In this document: one piece after another, positions 45,540-60,258 of the stretch | Layout of the letters: each line of letters begins with the position of its first letter | Position numbering within the stretch: the first letter of the stretch is position 1 | Assembly (NCBI GenBank): GCA_964016885.1 | Contig: OZ024765.1 | Coordinates: forward strand, 14,880,001-14,944,000 | Length of the DNA stretch: 64,000 nucleotides | DNA from: Eledone cirrhosa | Lineage: Eukaryota | Direction of reading: 5' to 3' | Position numbers and translations under genes: made by a program | The notes under the pieces: generated by a model | Databases searched by the model: none | What the model saw: only the letters and a program-made list of their open reading frames with translations | What the model was told of the DNA's origin: nothing

Positions 45540-48538
45540 TAGTATAGTATGGTGTGGTGTAGTGTAGTTTGTTGAAGACTGGTGTAGTATAGTTCGGTGT
45601 GGTGTAGTGTGGTGTTGTGTAGTGTGGTGTTATGTGGTGTGGTGTGGTGTGGTGTAGTATAGTGTGTAGTGTTGTGTGGTTTAGTGTAGTGTGGTGTGGT
45701 GTAGTGTAGTGTGGTGTAGTGTGGTTTAGTGTGGTGTAGTGTCGTGTGGTGTAGTGTGGTGTTATGTGGTGTGGTGTGGTGTGGTGTGGTATAGTGTGTA
45801 GTGTTGTGTGGTTTAGTGTAGTGTGGTGTGGTGTAGTGTAGTGTGGTGTAGTGTGGTTTAGTGTGGTGTAGTGTCGTGTGGTGTAGTGTGGTGTTATGTG
45901 GTGTGGTGTGGTGTGGTGTAGTATAGTGTGTAGTGTTGTGTGGTTTAGTGTAGTGTGGTGTGGTGTAGTGTAGTGTGGTGTAGTGTGGTTTAGTGTGGTG
46001 TAGTGTCGTGTGGTGTAGTGTGGTGTTATGTGGTGTGGTGTGGTGTAGTATAGTGTGTAGTGTTGTGTGGTTTAGTGTAGTGTGGTGTGGTGTAGTGTAG
46101 TGTGGTGTAGTGTGGTTTAGTGTGGTGTAGTGTCGTGTGGTGTAGTGTGGTGTTATGTGGTGTGGTGTGGTGTGGTGTAGTATAGTGTGTAGTGTTGTGT
46201 GGTTTAGTGTAGTGTGGTGTGGCGTAGTGTAGTGTGGTGTAGTGTGGTGTAGTGTCGTGTGGTGTAGTGTGGTGTTATGTGGTGTGGTGTAGTGTGGTGT
46301 AGTGTGGTGTAGTGGGGTGTGGTGTGGTGTAGTGTGGTGTGGTGTGGTGTAGTGTGGTGTGGTGTAGTGTGGTGTGGCGTAGTGTGGTGTGGCGTAGTGT
46401 GGTGTAGTATAGTGTGGTGTAGTATAGTGTTGTGTGGTGTAGTGTGGTGTAATGTTGTGTGGTGTAGTATAGTGTGGTGCAGAGTGGTGTAGTGTAGTCT
46501 AGCGCAGTGTAGTGTTGTGTTATGTGGTGTGGTGTAGCGTGGTAGGTGTGGTGTAGTGTAGTTTGGTCTAGCGCAGTGTAGGGTAGTGTAGTGTGGTGCA
46601 GTGTGGTCTAGCGTAGTGTAGTGTGGTGCAGTGTGGTCTAGCGCAGTGTAGTGTGGTGCAGTGTGGTCTAGCGCAGTGTAGTGTGGTGCAGTGTGGTCTA
46701 GCGCAGTGTAGTGTGGTGCAGTGTGGTATAGCGCAGTGTAGTGTGGTGCAGTGTGGTCTAGCGCAGTGTAGTGTGGTGCAGTGTGGTCTAGCGTAGTGTA
46801 GTGTGGTCTAGCGTAGTGTAGTGTGGTGCAGTGTGGTCTAGCGCAGTGTAGTGTGGTGCAGTGTGGTCTAGCGTAGTGTAGTGTGGTGCAGTGTGGTCTA
46901 GCGCAGTGTAGGGTAGTGTAGTGTGGTGCAGTGTGGTCTAGCGTAGTGTAGCGTGGTGCAGTGTGGTCTAGCGCAGTGTAGTGTGGTGCAGTGTGGTCTA
47001 GCGCAGTGTAGTGTGGTGCAGTGTGGTCTAGCGTAGTGTAGTGTGGTGCAGTGTGGTCTAGCGTAGTGTAGTGTGGTGCAGTGTGGTCTAGCGTAGTGTA
47101 GTGTGGTGCAGTGTGGTCTAGCGTAGTGTAGTGTGGTGTAGTGTGGTCTAGCGTAGTGTAGCGTGGTGCAGTGTGGTCTAGCGCAGTGTAGTGTGGTGCA
47201 GTGTGGTCTAGCGTAGTGTAGTGTGGTGTAGTGTGGTCTAGCGTAGTGTAGCGTGGTGCAGTGTGGTCTAGCGCAGTGTAGTGTGGTGCAGTGTGGTCTA
47301 GCGTAGTGTAGTGTGGTGCAGTGTGGTCTAGCGCAGTGTAGTGTGGTGTAGTGTGGTCTAGCGTAGTGTAGCGTGGTGCAGTGTGGTCTAGCGCAGTGTA
47401 GTGTGGTGCAGTGTGGTCTAGCGTAGTGTAGTGTGGTGCAGTGTGGTCTAGCGCAGTGTAGTGTGGTGCAGTGTGGTCTAGCGCAGTGTAGTGTGGTGCA
47501 GTGTGGTCTAGCGCAGTGTAGTGTGGTGTAGTGTGGTCTAGCGTAGTGTAGTGTGGTGCAGTGTGGTCTAGCGCAGTGTAGTGTGGTGCAGTGTGGTCTA
47601 GCGTAGTGTAGTGTGGTGCAGTGTGGTCTAGCGCAGTGTAGTGTGGTGCAGTGTGGTCTAGCGCAGTGTAGTGTGGTGCAGTGTGGTCTAGCGCAGTGTA
47701 GTGTGGTGCAGTGTGGTCTAGCGCAGTGTAGTGTGGTGCAGTGTGGTGTGGTCTAGCGCAGTGTAGTGTGGTGCAGTGTGGTCTAGCGCAGTGTAGTGTG
47801 GTGCAGTGTGGTCTAGCGCAGTGTAGTGTGGTGCAGTGTGGTCTAGCGTAGTGTAGTGTGGTGCAGTGTGGTGTAGCGTAGTGTAGTGTGGTGCAGTGTG
47901 GTCTAGCGCAGTGTAGTGTGGTGCAGTGTGGTCTAGCGCAGTGTAGTGTGGTGCAGTGTGGTGTGGTCTAGCGCAGTGTAGTGTGGTGCAGTGTGGTCTA
48001 GCGTAGTGTAGTGTGGTGCAGTGTGGTGTGGTCTAGCGCAGTGTAGTGTGGTGCAGTGTGGTGTAGTCAAGCGCAGTGTAGTGTGGTGCAGTGTGGTCTA
48101 GCGTAGCGTGGTGTGGTGCAGTGTGGTCTAGCGCAGTGTAGTGTGGTGCAGTGTGGTCTAGCGTAGTGTAGCGTGCTGTAGTGTGCTGTAGCGTAGTGTA
48201 GTGTGGTGCAGTGTGGTCTAGCGTAGTGTAGCGTGCTGTAGTGTGCTGTAGCGTAGCGTGGTGTGGTGCAGTGTGGTCTAGCGCAGTGAAGTGTGGTGCA
48301 GTGTGGTCTAGCGTGGTGTAGCGTGGTGTAGTGTGCTGTAGCGTAGTGTAGTGTGGTGCAGTGTGGTCTAGCGTAGTGTAGCGTGCTGTAGTGTGCTGTA
48401 GCGTAGCGTGGTGTGGTGCAGTGTGGTCTAGCGCAGTGTAGTGTGGTGCAGTGTGGTCTAGCGTGGTGTAGCGTGGTGTAGTGTGGTCTAGCGTAGTGTA
48501 GCGTGCTGTAGTGTGCTGTAGCGTAGCGTGGTGTGGTA
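45540..48538. repeat. ~3 kb pentamer-based satellite (GTGTA/GTGTG) with higher-order units
   Basis: ~132 bp higher-order repeat x5 (45620-46280), then the 30-bp unit GTGTGGTGCAGTGTGGTCTAGCGYAGTGTA (46590-48500). Confidence 0.95.
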
Positions 48539-48801
48539 TGAAAGCATAGCTAAATCTATTAATTAGTCCAGTGATCCTATCAGAAAGAGATTATCTCCTT
48601 TCATCCCAGCTCCCAATATGTTTATATATAAACTGGATTATCGTCAGTCTATGAAACAAGCAGGCAACTCACCCACACCCACGCGTCCTCCCTTAATGTT
48701 AATAATCATCATCTTTGCTTATGGAAAATTTACTTTGCTCCTAATCCCGACCTGTATTGATCAACAAAAGTATGTGTGTGTATGTGTGTGTGTGTGTGTG
48801 T

Positions 48802-48843
<42 letters not shown>

Positions 48844-48886
48844 CATATATATATATATATATATATACATACACCACACAATATAT

Positions 48887-48918
<32 letters not shown>

Positions 48919-48991
48919 ATAATCATTGTATTAAATTATTCTCGCGTTTTGTATCCTTTCGTTGACTTTTCGTGTATAAATATATATATAT

Positions 48992-49125
<134 letters not shown>

Positions 49126-49237
49126 ATATATATATTATATATTTATATAGGAACAAGTATGACCCCTTACCACAATTCCTTTGTTATATATAAATATATA
49201 TATATATACACACACGCATAAATATGTATGTATGTAT

Positions 49238-49331
<94 letters not shown>

Positions 49332-49332
49332 G

Positions 49333-49383
49333 GGCTTCCTGATGACTTCCTTCGAATGAAGCAGTTCTAGTCCTGTAGCAGCC
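49333..49383 (+). ncRNA. Degenerate hammerhead (family K; GAAA mutated to GAAG)
   Basis: ggcttc-CTGATGA-cttccttcgaat-GAAG-cag..ctg-TA-gcagcc; element ~49331-49446 is homologous to 54467-54625. Confidence 0.65.
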
Positions 49384-50007
49384 ATTTTTATGTTAAATAG
49401 TTATACTCTGCTATGTATTGAGTACCTTCCTTACTGCGGTTACCCCGGATTGAATTCGGGATACAGACACACACACATAATATATATATATATATATATA
49501 CATTGTGTGTGTACGTTTGTGTGCCCTTTTTTTCTTTACCAATCTATATGTTTCTGTACGCATTTGAATATGTATGAGTGTGTGTGTACATGTCTAGCTG
49601 TGTATATATGTGTACTTTTGCCATGAAATGTATACATGTATGTGTGTATGTGTGTGTATATGTGCGTGTTGTATACTGCGCGCGCGTGTGTGTGTGTTGA
49701 GTATTGCGTGTGTAGATCTGTATAAATCTGCTGCTGAAATATTATATATTTGTGCATGTAAACGTGTGTATGTATATGTAGTTCTGTAAATGTGTGCGTG
49801 TGTATGTGTTTGAATGCTTGTAAATGCTTATGTGTGTGTTGTGTGTATGTGTGTAGAGCCGTGTGAAAATGTGTGTATATATGTCCCTGTATGTATATAT
49901 GCGCCTGTGTGTCTGTGTAGTGCGTGTGTGTGTATATATATACACATGTCTGAATTGTGTGAATATGGATGTATATATATCACTGTCTATATGTGTACAT
50001 GTCAGTG

Positions 50008-50077
<70 letters not shown>

Positions 50078-50277
50078 CATATGTGTATGCGTGTGCGCGT
50101 GTGTGTACATATATATATTTATGTGTGTATGTATTTGATTGTTTGTGAATGTTTCGGAGTGTATATATATATATATATATACATATGTATATGTGTGTAT
50201 ATATGTGTGCTCTATATGGGTATATGTATGTATATAAATGGGTGCCATATATGTGTATACATGCGTATATATGTGTA

Positions 50278-50323
<46 letters not shown>

Positions 50324-50784
50324 ATGTGTATATATGCGTATATAAATGTGTATATATATATGTATATATGCGTGTATATATATGTGTGCTATTTAATGTA
50401 TGAATATAGGTGCGCTAAAATGTGTATATATGCGTATATATGTGCGAATACGTGTAAAATGTATATATATGTATATATATGTGTGCTATATAATGTATGT
50501 ATATATGTGTATACATATATGTGTATACATGTATGTGTATAACATGTATATATATATATGTGTGTGTATACATGTATGTCTATATATGTGTACTATATAT
50601 GTTAGTATTAAGCAACAAAATGTCTTCCTTTGACCTCCAATATACAAGTGTTCATTAAAGCTTTGCTCATTCACATCGCCTCTTAATTATTCTCTAAACT
50701 GTACTAATTTACTAAAATGTACTAATTACCAGCGACTAATCAGGTATCTCTTTAAATGTACCTATCTATCTATCTACCTACCAC

Positions 50785-51785
50785 TTTGGAAGAAGAATCA
50801 GGATGGAGAGAGAGGTGCTGTACTCCAGCAAGTTTTATGAAAGGTGGGTGAAAGTGGCGAGAATGGCCCGAGTGAATGGGCCTTCTCTCTATATCAGCCT
50901 GTAGATTGAGGAAAAGGAGGAGGAGAGGAAAGGAGTACAAGCTCTTTGTACTCCTGGAGATGAGGGTTGCACATTTTTTTCGGGGGTATGTGTTACCCAT
51001 ATAAACTGTCTCCCTCTATTGGGGAAAATCGACTAACTTTTAAATTCCATCTGTGATAACATTTTACACGTTTTTATTGTATGTAAACTTCCCCCTTTGT
51101 ATTTGTCCCCTTCTTTTGTGCCCCTGTGGCTAATAAAGAAATATATCTATCTATCTCTCAATATATCTAATTATATATCTATGTATCTCTCCATCTATCT
51201 ATCTATATAAAAGGTGGGTGAATGTGTCAATGATGGCCCGAGTGGTTGGGGCTTCTCTCTATATAAGCCTGTAGGTTGAGGAAAAAGAGGAAGAGAAGAA
51301 CGGAGTACTCACTCTGGGTGCTCCTGGAGATGAGGGTTGTACATTTTTTCGGGGTGTGTACAACCCCTGTGCAACACCTCCCCACTATTGGGGATTTCAA
51401 TTGTTATTTGTTATTGTATTAATAGTTTTATTTTCATATACCTGTATGTAAACTCCCTATTTGTATTTGTCCCCTTCTTTTGTGCCCTTGTGACTAATAA
51501 AGAAATGTATCTAACTATCCATCTATCTATCCGTCTACTATATATCTATCTATCTATCTATCTATCTGTAAACATATCTAATTACATATCTATCTAGGTG
51601 CTCCTAAGGAAAAGGGTTTCACACTTTTTCGTGGGTGTGTGTAACACCCAAAACGCCTCCTCCCTATTGAGGACTGTATTGTTAATTTTATATTTGTTAT
51701 TTGTTTTTTACTCGTTCCTTTATGTAAACTCCACCCCTTGTATTTGTCCCCTTCTTTTGTGCCCTTGTGGCTAATAAAGAAATTT
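50785..51785 (+). mobile_element. Three tandem 5'-truncated Tx1/L1-like LINE 3' ends separated by (TATC)n
   Basis: ORF end RIRMEREVLYSSKFYERWVKVARMARVNGPSLYISL*; each copy ends TTGTATTTGTCCCCTTCTTTTGTGCCCYTGTGRCTAATAAAGAAAT (~51142, 51505, 51783). Confidence 0.7.
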
Positions 51786-51967
51786 ATCTCTTAACGATGA
51801 TGATATTTACCAAAAAGAAGAACAAGTCAACATCATTGGATACCATCAGAGTTGCAGGTGTTATATCAGAGTTTTCCTTCTCCTAGAATTCTGCCTTGAC
51901 AAAGGCTAATAAGGGGTCATCTCTCCCGGTGATTTGTCAAAGGAACTCTTAAGAGTCTATATATATA

Positions 51968-52017
<50 letters not shown>

Positions 52018-52225
52018 TATATATACTTCTGTTTTAATGTATACTTTACTGCGTTCGTGCATCAACTACTGGTACCACATCTAAGACGGATGACTTACAT
52101 AACGCTGAGTGCTTTTAAGTACCGACCCAAACCACCCATTAGTAAACAGCCTAACATAAATTATATATATATGTATGTGTGAGTGTGAGTGTGTGTGTGT
52201 GTAAATGATTAAATGTAATCTTCAT

Positions 52226-52318
<93 letters not shown>

Positions 52319-52328
52319 TATATATATA

Positions 52329-52371
<43 letters not shown>

Positions 52372-52448
52372 TGAAGACTGAGAAATTTAAGCATATATAT
52401 GTATATATATACAAACACACACACGTATCTCTCTCCCTCTCTCTCTCT

Positions 52449-52489
<41 letters not shown>

Positions 52490-52584
52490 TATATATATAT
52501 CTTAGGGGCTGAACAATTATTTAAGCATACCAATAGATGAACACATACAAATCATATGTAGAAAACTAGCTGTATGTATGTATG

Positions 52585-52624
<40 letters not shown>

Positions 52625-52677
52625 TGTGTTGGATATATTTATTTATTCATATGCCTTGATCATCTTCTTTACCCTGA

Positions 52678-52804
<127 letters not shown>

Positions 52805-53796
52805 TGTATATTGGCGATATATACATCGTGTGTCTAGCTACCAATCTGTATATCTCTATCTCTCTATCTATCCATGTAAATAATGTATTTATCTATTTGT
52901 CACTCTAACTTTCTTTGTCTCTCAGTTATACATCAATGGCCGACAAAGACACTAACACGAATAATACTTCTGTTTTTATTGTCGTCTGCCAGACATTTTA
53001 AGTCGTAAATAATTCACCCATAAAGGGAGATAAATCAGGACAGCAAACTCCACCACAGAGATATTGATAGAGAAGTGTTAAACATTCCATGCTGTAATTT
53101 AAACAATTAAAACTTCTTGGCTCAGTAAATTTAAGTACGTTAGCTGGCAATTTGCTATTTATTACCCATGCAAGCAGCGCTCCTGGGTATTTCGCCTGCA
53201 ATCAGATCTTCTTAACAACAAACTATATCACTAAGTCTACTTCATTGCCGTATTTAAGTAGCAACTTCCTGTCGTCTGCAATTCATTGGTTTTTCAAAGC
53301 TAATGAATAGCAGGCGACACGAATCATTGATTCCTCCCTCATTTCTTTCTTTGTTTGCCTCCATTGTCTTCGTTTCGTTTTTGAAATTTCACGTTTTTGT
53401 TCAGCTCGATGTATGGAACCGACTTGAAGACACAATACAACCGAATAACGTTATCATGTCTGCTGCTTACACAGCAGATGTGTGTGTATGTATGGGTGTG
53501 TGTATGGTGTGTGTGTCTGTGTGTGTGTGCGTGTATGGGGTGTGTATGGGGTTAGTGGGGGTGGAGGTGCATTGCGAGGTGGGTGTGGGTGCATGTGTAT
53601 TTGAATATGTATATATATATATATATTTATATACATACATATATACGTATATATACATGTATACATACATATATATGTATATATATTTATGTATACCTAC
53701 ATACACACAAGCACACACACACACACATATATATGCATATACACACACATATATACACGTATATATGTATGCACGTATGTATATGCATATATATAT

Positions 53797-53828
<32 letters not shown>

Positions 53829-53865
53829 TATATGTATACAGTTATATATATATATATGTATACAG

Positions 53866-53927
<62 letters not shown>

Positions 53928-53961
53928 GTATACAGTTATATATATATATATATGTACACAG

Positions 53962-54023
<62 letters not shown>

Positions 54024-54225
54024 GTGTGTATAGCTGTATACGACAGTAGAATATACACTGGAACAATGGACACACTACATTAGAATGTTCGATGGCTTTC
54101 GTCTTCAGTAAATTGATCTGTTGTTATTGGTTTTCTTATGATTTTGATCTGTCTGTCTCCCCTCTCTCTCTCTCCCTATATATATATTTATATATATGTA
54201 TATACACTCACGTACATACACATAC

Positions 54226-54257
<32 letters not shown>

Positions 54258-54323
54258 ATATGTACACACACTCACGTATACACACACATATATATATATA
54301 TATATATACACACTCACGTATAC

Positions 54324-54374
<51 letters not shown>

Positions 54375-54391
54375 CACACTCATGTATACAC

Positions 54392-54434
<43 letters not shown>

Positions 54435-54466
54435 AACATATACACACATAAATACATATATATATA

Positions 54467-54625
54467 TGGGGTAACCACAGTAAGTAAGGTACTCAATACA
54501 TAGCAGAGTATAAATATTTAATATAGAAATGGCTTCTACAGGACTAGATCTGTTCCATTCGGGAAGACCTGATGATTTCTGCCGAATGAAACAGTTCTAT
54601 TCCTGTAGAAGCCACTTCTTTATTA
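54467..54625. mobile_element. Family K fold-back element with a hammerhead core (54569-54613)
   Basis: CTGATGA-tttctgccgaat-GAAA-cag..ctg-TA-gaagcc, preceded by an inverted copy of its own 3' half (54531-54562). Confidence 0.75.
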
Positions 54626-54654
54626 TATATATATATAGAAAAAGAGTGAACCGT

Positions 54655-54792
54655 GTTCTGATCTAGCTGTCGAAACGGCCACAACTCAGCCGTCGGGGTC
54701 CTGACCCTTTTCCTATTACTCAATCTCCTACTCTAAGTATTGAGTACTCTGGTGCGTTATGATCCACCTGGTATCTTACCACACACGCTTTC
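54655..54792 (+). mobile_element. Diverged family D long arm
   Basis: GTCGAAACGGCC..CTCAGCCGTCGGGGTCC..AAGTATTGAGTACTCTGGTGCGTTATG. Confidence 0.8.
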
Positions 54793-54804
54793 TTATATAT
54801 ATTT

Positions 54805-55040
54805 CTAAGGCGGCTAAAATTCCCGAGATCCATGGACGAGTTCTCTCCAGCGGTCTCTGTCCCTCATTATCGCTGCCATGTCCTGCGTCTCCAACAGACC
54901 AGTCTCTGTCCTTAGGGCATCAACACAGGTTAACCTTTGTCTCCATCTTCGAGTGTGTCCATGTAGGGGCTCCCACAGGAGCACTGAGTGCAGTGTCAAC
55001 TCTGGATGCCGGTGAGCATGTCCAGCTAACCTCAGTCACC
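54805..55040 (-). pseudogene. RTE-like LINE ORF 3' end fragment
   Basis: HSVLLWEPLHGHTRRWRQRLTCVDALRTETG...IMRDRDRWRELV aligns by eye with the 11889-12160 translation. Confidence 0.8.
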
Positions 55041-55061
55041 TCTCTCTCTATATATATCAAT

Positions 55062-55096
<35 letters not shown>

Positions 55097-55205
55097 GTAT
55101 ATATACATATCAATACGTCTAAGTTTGGTAGAATGCGATATTCTGCCATGAGCATAGTGTTTCCAGAAATGAATAATTAAGGAAATTCAACCTGTCATTT
55201 TACTG

Positions 55206-55279
<74 letters not shown>

Positions 55280-55281
<2 letters not shown>

Positions 55282-55474
55282 CGAAGGAAATGTGGTAAGG
55301 AACCAGATGGACCATAACGCACCAAAGTACTCAATACTTAGGGTAGTAGAGTGGGTAATAGGAACAAGTAGGACCCCGATGTCTGAGCTCAAGCCGTTTG
55401 GACGGCTAATTCTGGACTAGTCCAGAATTAGCCGTCGAAACGGCTTGAGCTCAGCCGTCGGCGTCCTACTTGTT

Positions 55475-55479
<5 letters not shown>
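55280..55479. mobile_element. Family D fold-back element
   Basis: Centre CTGGACTAGTCCAG; flanked by (TA)n on both sides. Confidence 0.9.
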
Positions 55480-55557
<78 letters not shown>

Positions 55558-55576
55558 GGAGAGAGCGAGAGAGAGA

Positions 55577-55642
<66 letters not shown>

Positions 55643-56120
55643 AAGGAGAAACCGACAGCCAGCGAAATAAAATCGTTGAGTGCCCCTTACTTGTAAACAT
55701 GCACCCACAAATTCCCTAAAATTGTGGGCCTTGTTTCTGAGTTAGAAACCATTCTTATTGAGCCCTTGCATGTTTTTATCATGCACTTTTTGTGAGGTCC
55801 CTACAGAAATTTGTGAAACAGTAAAGACATTAAATTTATCAGGAGAGTTTCTAGACCTTCACCGACTCATCTTCAGAATATAGAAAGACGGTGGCCAACA
55901 TTGCTACACCCTGAAGAGTCAACGATAAGGGTGTAGAAGTTGTGAGGATCAATTTCGAAATTTTTACTAAAAAACATATGTCAATAATTTGCAAGTAATT
56001 GAAAGAATGTAAGAAAAAATTATTGATAAAATGTTAAAACGAGACATGGAACATGTGTGGTGACAGTCAAATTTGCAATTTTGCAAACTTGACTGTCACC
56101 ACACATGTTCCATGTCTCGT

Positions 56121-56161
56121 TTGAACCTGAAGATTGCGAAAGCATGAAAGTACTTGTTCAA
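56121..56161 (+). ncRNA. Minimal type I hammerhead ribozyme (family L)
   Basis: ttgaac-CTGAAGA-t-tgc-gaaa-gca-t-GAAA-gtac-TT-gttcaa; GNRA-capped helix II, palindromic AGTACT helix III, 6-bp helix I; preceded by an ~85 bp palindrome (56038-56122). Confidence 0.88.
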
Positions 56162-56329
56162 TTAACACTTAACATTTAATATTCTATCATACTATTTCAT
56201 TATAATACCATTATAAATTCTAAAGGATTGTAAATAAAACGAGTAAATCAGACAAAGTTGGAATTCCTCTTATTAATATAATCTTCTATACACAATCATA
56301 CACACCCGTGTATATTTATCTTCTATCTA

Positions 56330-56377
<48 letters not shown>

Positions 56378-56463
56378 CACACATACATATATGTATATAT
56401 TTATATATACACATGTCTATGTACATGTACGCACATAAATATACATATACATATATATATATT

Positions 56464-56547
<84 letters not shown>

Positions 56548-56618
56548 TATACATATATATACATATATACATATATATACATATATATATACATATATAT
56601 ATATACATATATATATAA

Positions 56619-56654
<36 letters not shown>

Positions 56655-56981
56655 CCATATATAAATACATATATATATATATATATACATATCCATATTT
56701 ACATATAAATATATATATATATATATATATGTGTGTATACACTCACACATACATACATTCATTCTGTATACATGTGTGTCAGATATCCAGTGGAGCGCAA
56801 TTATAAAAGAATTGACAGCTATATATTACGATTCCAAAGAATACACCCTATGGACACAGAGAATACAATGAGTACCAATTGTAAAACATGATGACAGCTG
56901 CCATCGAGAAGATCTTCTATAAACCATGCCTGCAACTATTCTTTGGTAAACTAGAAAAACAATGGTATTTTTACTCAACGG

Positions 56982-57018
<37 letters not shown>

Positions 57019-57074
57019 AGACACACACATACATATATATATATATATACTCAAACACACACATACACACACAC

Positions 57075-57126
<52 letters not shown>

Positions 57127-57145
57127 TTTTGAGTATATGTTGGTT

Positions 57146-57308
57146 GTATACCAACACCTGAGTATGCAGGCTGGAGCACTCGACGAGGTGCGCAGGTTGG
57201 TTTGATTACTCCGGGGTAAAGTAAAATAAAATAAAATAAATACGTCAAATGTTTAAACAGACGAAGCCAAATTTTAAACATTTGACTTATTTATTTTATT
57301 TTATCTTA

Positions 57309-57339
<31 letters not shown>

Positions 57340-57822
57340 TCATAAACACGGGCATATATATAAATGTGTGTATAAATATATATAAATATATATTTTTGAA
57401 ACAGCGAGTGGATTTGAAATTATTAGAAATGTTAGCTATCGCCGTATTTTGACTAAAGAAATTAAAGAAATTATTTAGCCTGATAGTGGGGTTAAGAACC
57501 CTCGGAGAAATGGAAAAAGATGAGTATTGACGTACATAAGATAAAATAAAATAAATAAGTCAAATGTTTAAAATTTGGCTTCGTTTATTTAAACATTTGA
57601 CGTATTTATTTTATTCTATTTTACATTACCCCGGAGTAATCAAACCAACCTGAACACTTCGTCGAGTGCTCCAGTCTGCATACTCAGGTGTTGGTATACA
57701 ACCCTGTACGTCAATACTCATCTTTTTCTATTTCTCCGGGAGTTCTTAACCCCACTATCAGGCTAAATCATTTCTTTAATTTCTTTAGTCAAAATACGGC
57801 GATAGCTAACATTTCTAATAAT
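57146..57822. repeat. Interleaved inverted repeats A..B' A' B
   Basis: 57146-57309 pairs with 57535-57700; 57420-57534 pairs with 57706-57822. Confidence 0.85.
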
Positions 57823-58032
57823 TATAAATATATATATATATATATGTATAAATATATAGAAATACATTGATAATAAGTAAAAATATATAGGTGTGTGTGT
57901 GTAAATATACTAAATCTTCAGTTTGTTATGATAACAATTAGCTATGATTTCAAAGAGAGAATTAACAGGGTGTGCTTTGAAACACAGCGGCGCAAACTGA
58001 AATACACACAGTGTCAAACACACAGCCCCCCC

Positions 58033-58084
<52 letters not shown>

Positions 58085-58732
58085 GTCTGTATATGTATAA
58101 TAAAGCCAATACAATGCAGGTATGGGCATAGCATAAAGAATGCAAATGCAAAAGATATTGGTGACAATTAGTCTTTTATATTAGATTTATTTAAATGTCC
58201 TTAATTTTGGAGATAATATCTCTTCTTCGGAGGTAAGTAAAGCGGTTAAACCAGTGTTTTAAATAGCTTGCCAAGGTCTAAATGACTATATATATTTATT
58301 TAGTTCCTTTACCGGTTTCGCAGTTCTTCTGCTTTTCAAAAGTAGAGTTGAGATGGAGGGCCTGTGGTATATATACATATATATATACACAGACACACAC
58401 ACACACAGACACATATACACGCACGTACATACATAGATATATAATATGTATATATTCAATATTATTAAGGATAAAATGTGAGTGTATATATGTATATGGG
58501 CGCATGTGTATACATTTGTATAAATACAAAAACAGACATATATATATCTGTATATATACATTTGTGTGTATATATGTATAAATATATATATATTTATATA
58601 TATGTATATATGTTGTATACATATATATATATGTTGTATATATATATATATATGTTCTATATATATATATATATATATATATGTTGTGTATATATATATA
58701 TATACGTTGTTTTATATATATATATGTTGTGT

Positions 58733-58790
<58 letters not shown>

Positions 58791-58819
58791 GTCTGTATAT
58801 GTGTGTCTATATATATATA

Positions 58820-58885
<66 letters not shown>

Positions 58886-59244
58886 CGCATGCACAAGCAT
58901 TTATGCAGACGTAAATACGCATAAGTACGTATTTACGCGTACAATGGTGAAAGCTGCGACGTGACTACTTCAAATGCATATACATACGCATAAATACCAC
59001 ATAAGTATGTATACATACGCTTTATGTGAAGTGGCTACGTCAAATTGGATCTACTTGAAATGTGATGCCAACGCAAAAATAAACTTTTTTTTTTTACTTC
59101 AATAATAATTATTGCTGACACTATTATCTGATCTGCATATAGCACATACCTGCCTGCCTTTTACTCGCTGCAGATTATATATATATATATATGTGTGTTT
59201 GTGTGTATGTGTGTATATATATGTATATATATATATATATATAA

Positions 59245-59277
<33 letters not shown>

Positions 59278-59306
59278 CATATAAATATATATATGTATAA
59301 ATATAA

Positions 59307-59337
<31 letters not shown>

Positions 59338-59614
59338 AATATATATAAATATATATACCATATATATATATATATATATATATAAATATATATAAATATA
59401 TATATAAATATATATTTATATATATAAATATATATGTGTTTATATATAGATATATATAGATATATATATATTTATATATATTTGTGAGTGTCTGAGAGTG
59501 CACAAACATTCGTAGATAAATGCAGATATAAATACACAAACACACACACGCACACAGATTCACAGAAACACGCACGCACACAGACACACACACACATATA
59601 TATATATATATATG

Positions 59615-59646
<32 letters not shown>

Positions 59647-59905
59647 TACATAAATTGATTATTCTAATCCTTAAATTAACGTGACAAACCGGTTTCTGAG
59701 GTGTTTAGAACAAAAATTGAAACAAATATACCCATATATATACACACACTCTTTTACATACACACCCATAGACACAGACACACACAGAAATTACAATTTC
59801 ACTCAGATACACACACACATATATATATATATTGATACATACACAGTCTCTCTCTCTCTCTCTTTCTCTCTAAATATATATATATATATGTATAACTATA
59901 TATAT

Positions 59906-59943
<38 letters not shown>

Positions 59944-60132
59944 CATATAATATTATGCCTTCATTATGTCTATTGAGCAGTAACGTGCGTTTCGCTATTG
60001 ATCAGCTCTGGAATCAAGAGCTCGTAGGACCTCTGCTGTTTAGTTGTACACCCCGTTACAGACGGGGTACTACGCATCGAGTGCTCACTTGGGTGAACTT
60101 ACAATAACAGCATGTTACACTCCCTATATATA

Positions 60133-60173
<41 letters not shown>

Positions 60174-60258
60174 GCTCGGGCAGAGTATAATACTATAATA
60201 CTTATATACTATAATGATAAGGAACAAGGATTCAGTGTTGCATCATACCATATTTATT

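Noticed and set aside
52900-53480. Possible exon in a unique island (acceptor-like CTCTCAG followed by ATGGCC)
   Set aside because: The reading frame closes after ~21 codons with no recognisable protein; same lack of support for the donor-like GAGGTAAGT at ~58230.
55835-55940. Two CTGAAGA heptamers (55870 minus, 55911 plus)
   Set aside because: Helix II or GAAA missing or not pairing; at best decayed motifs.
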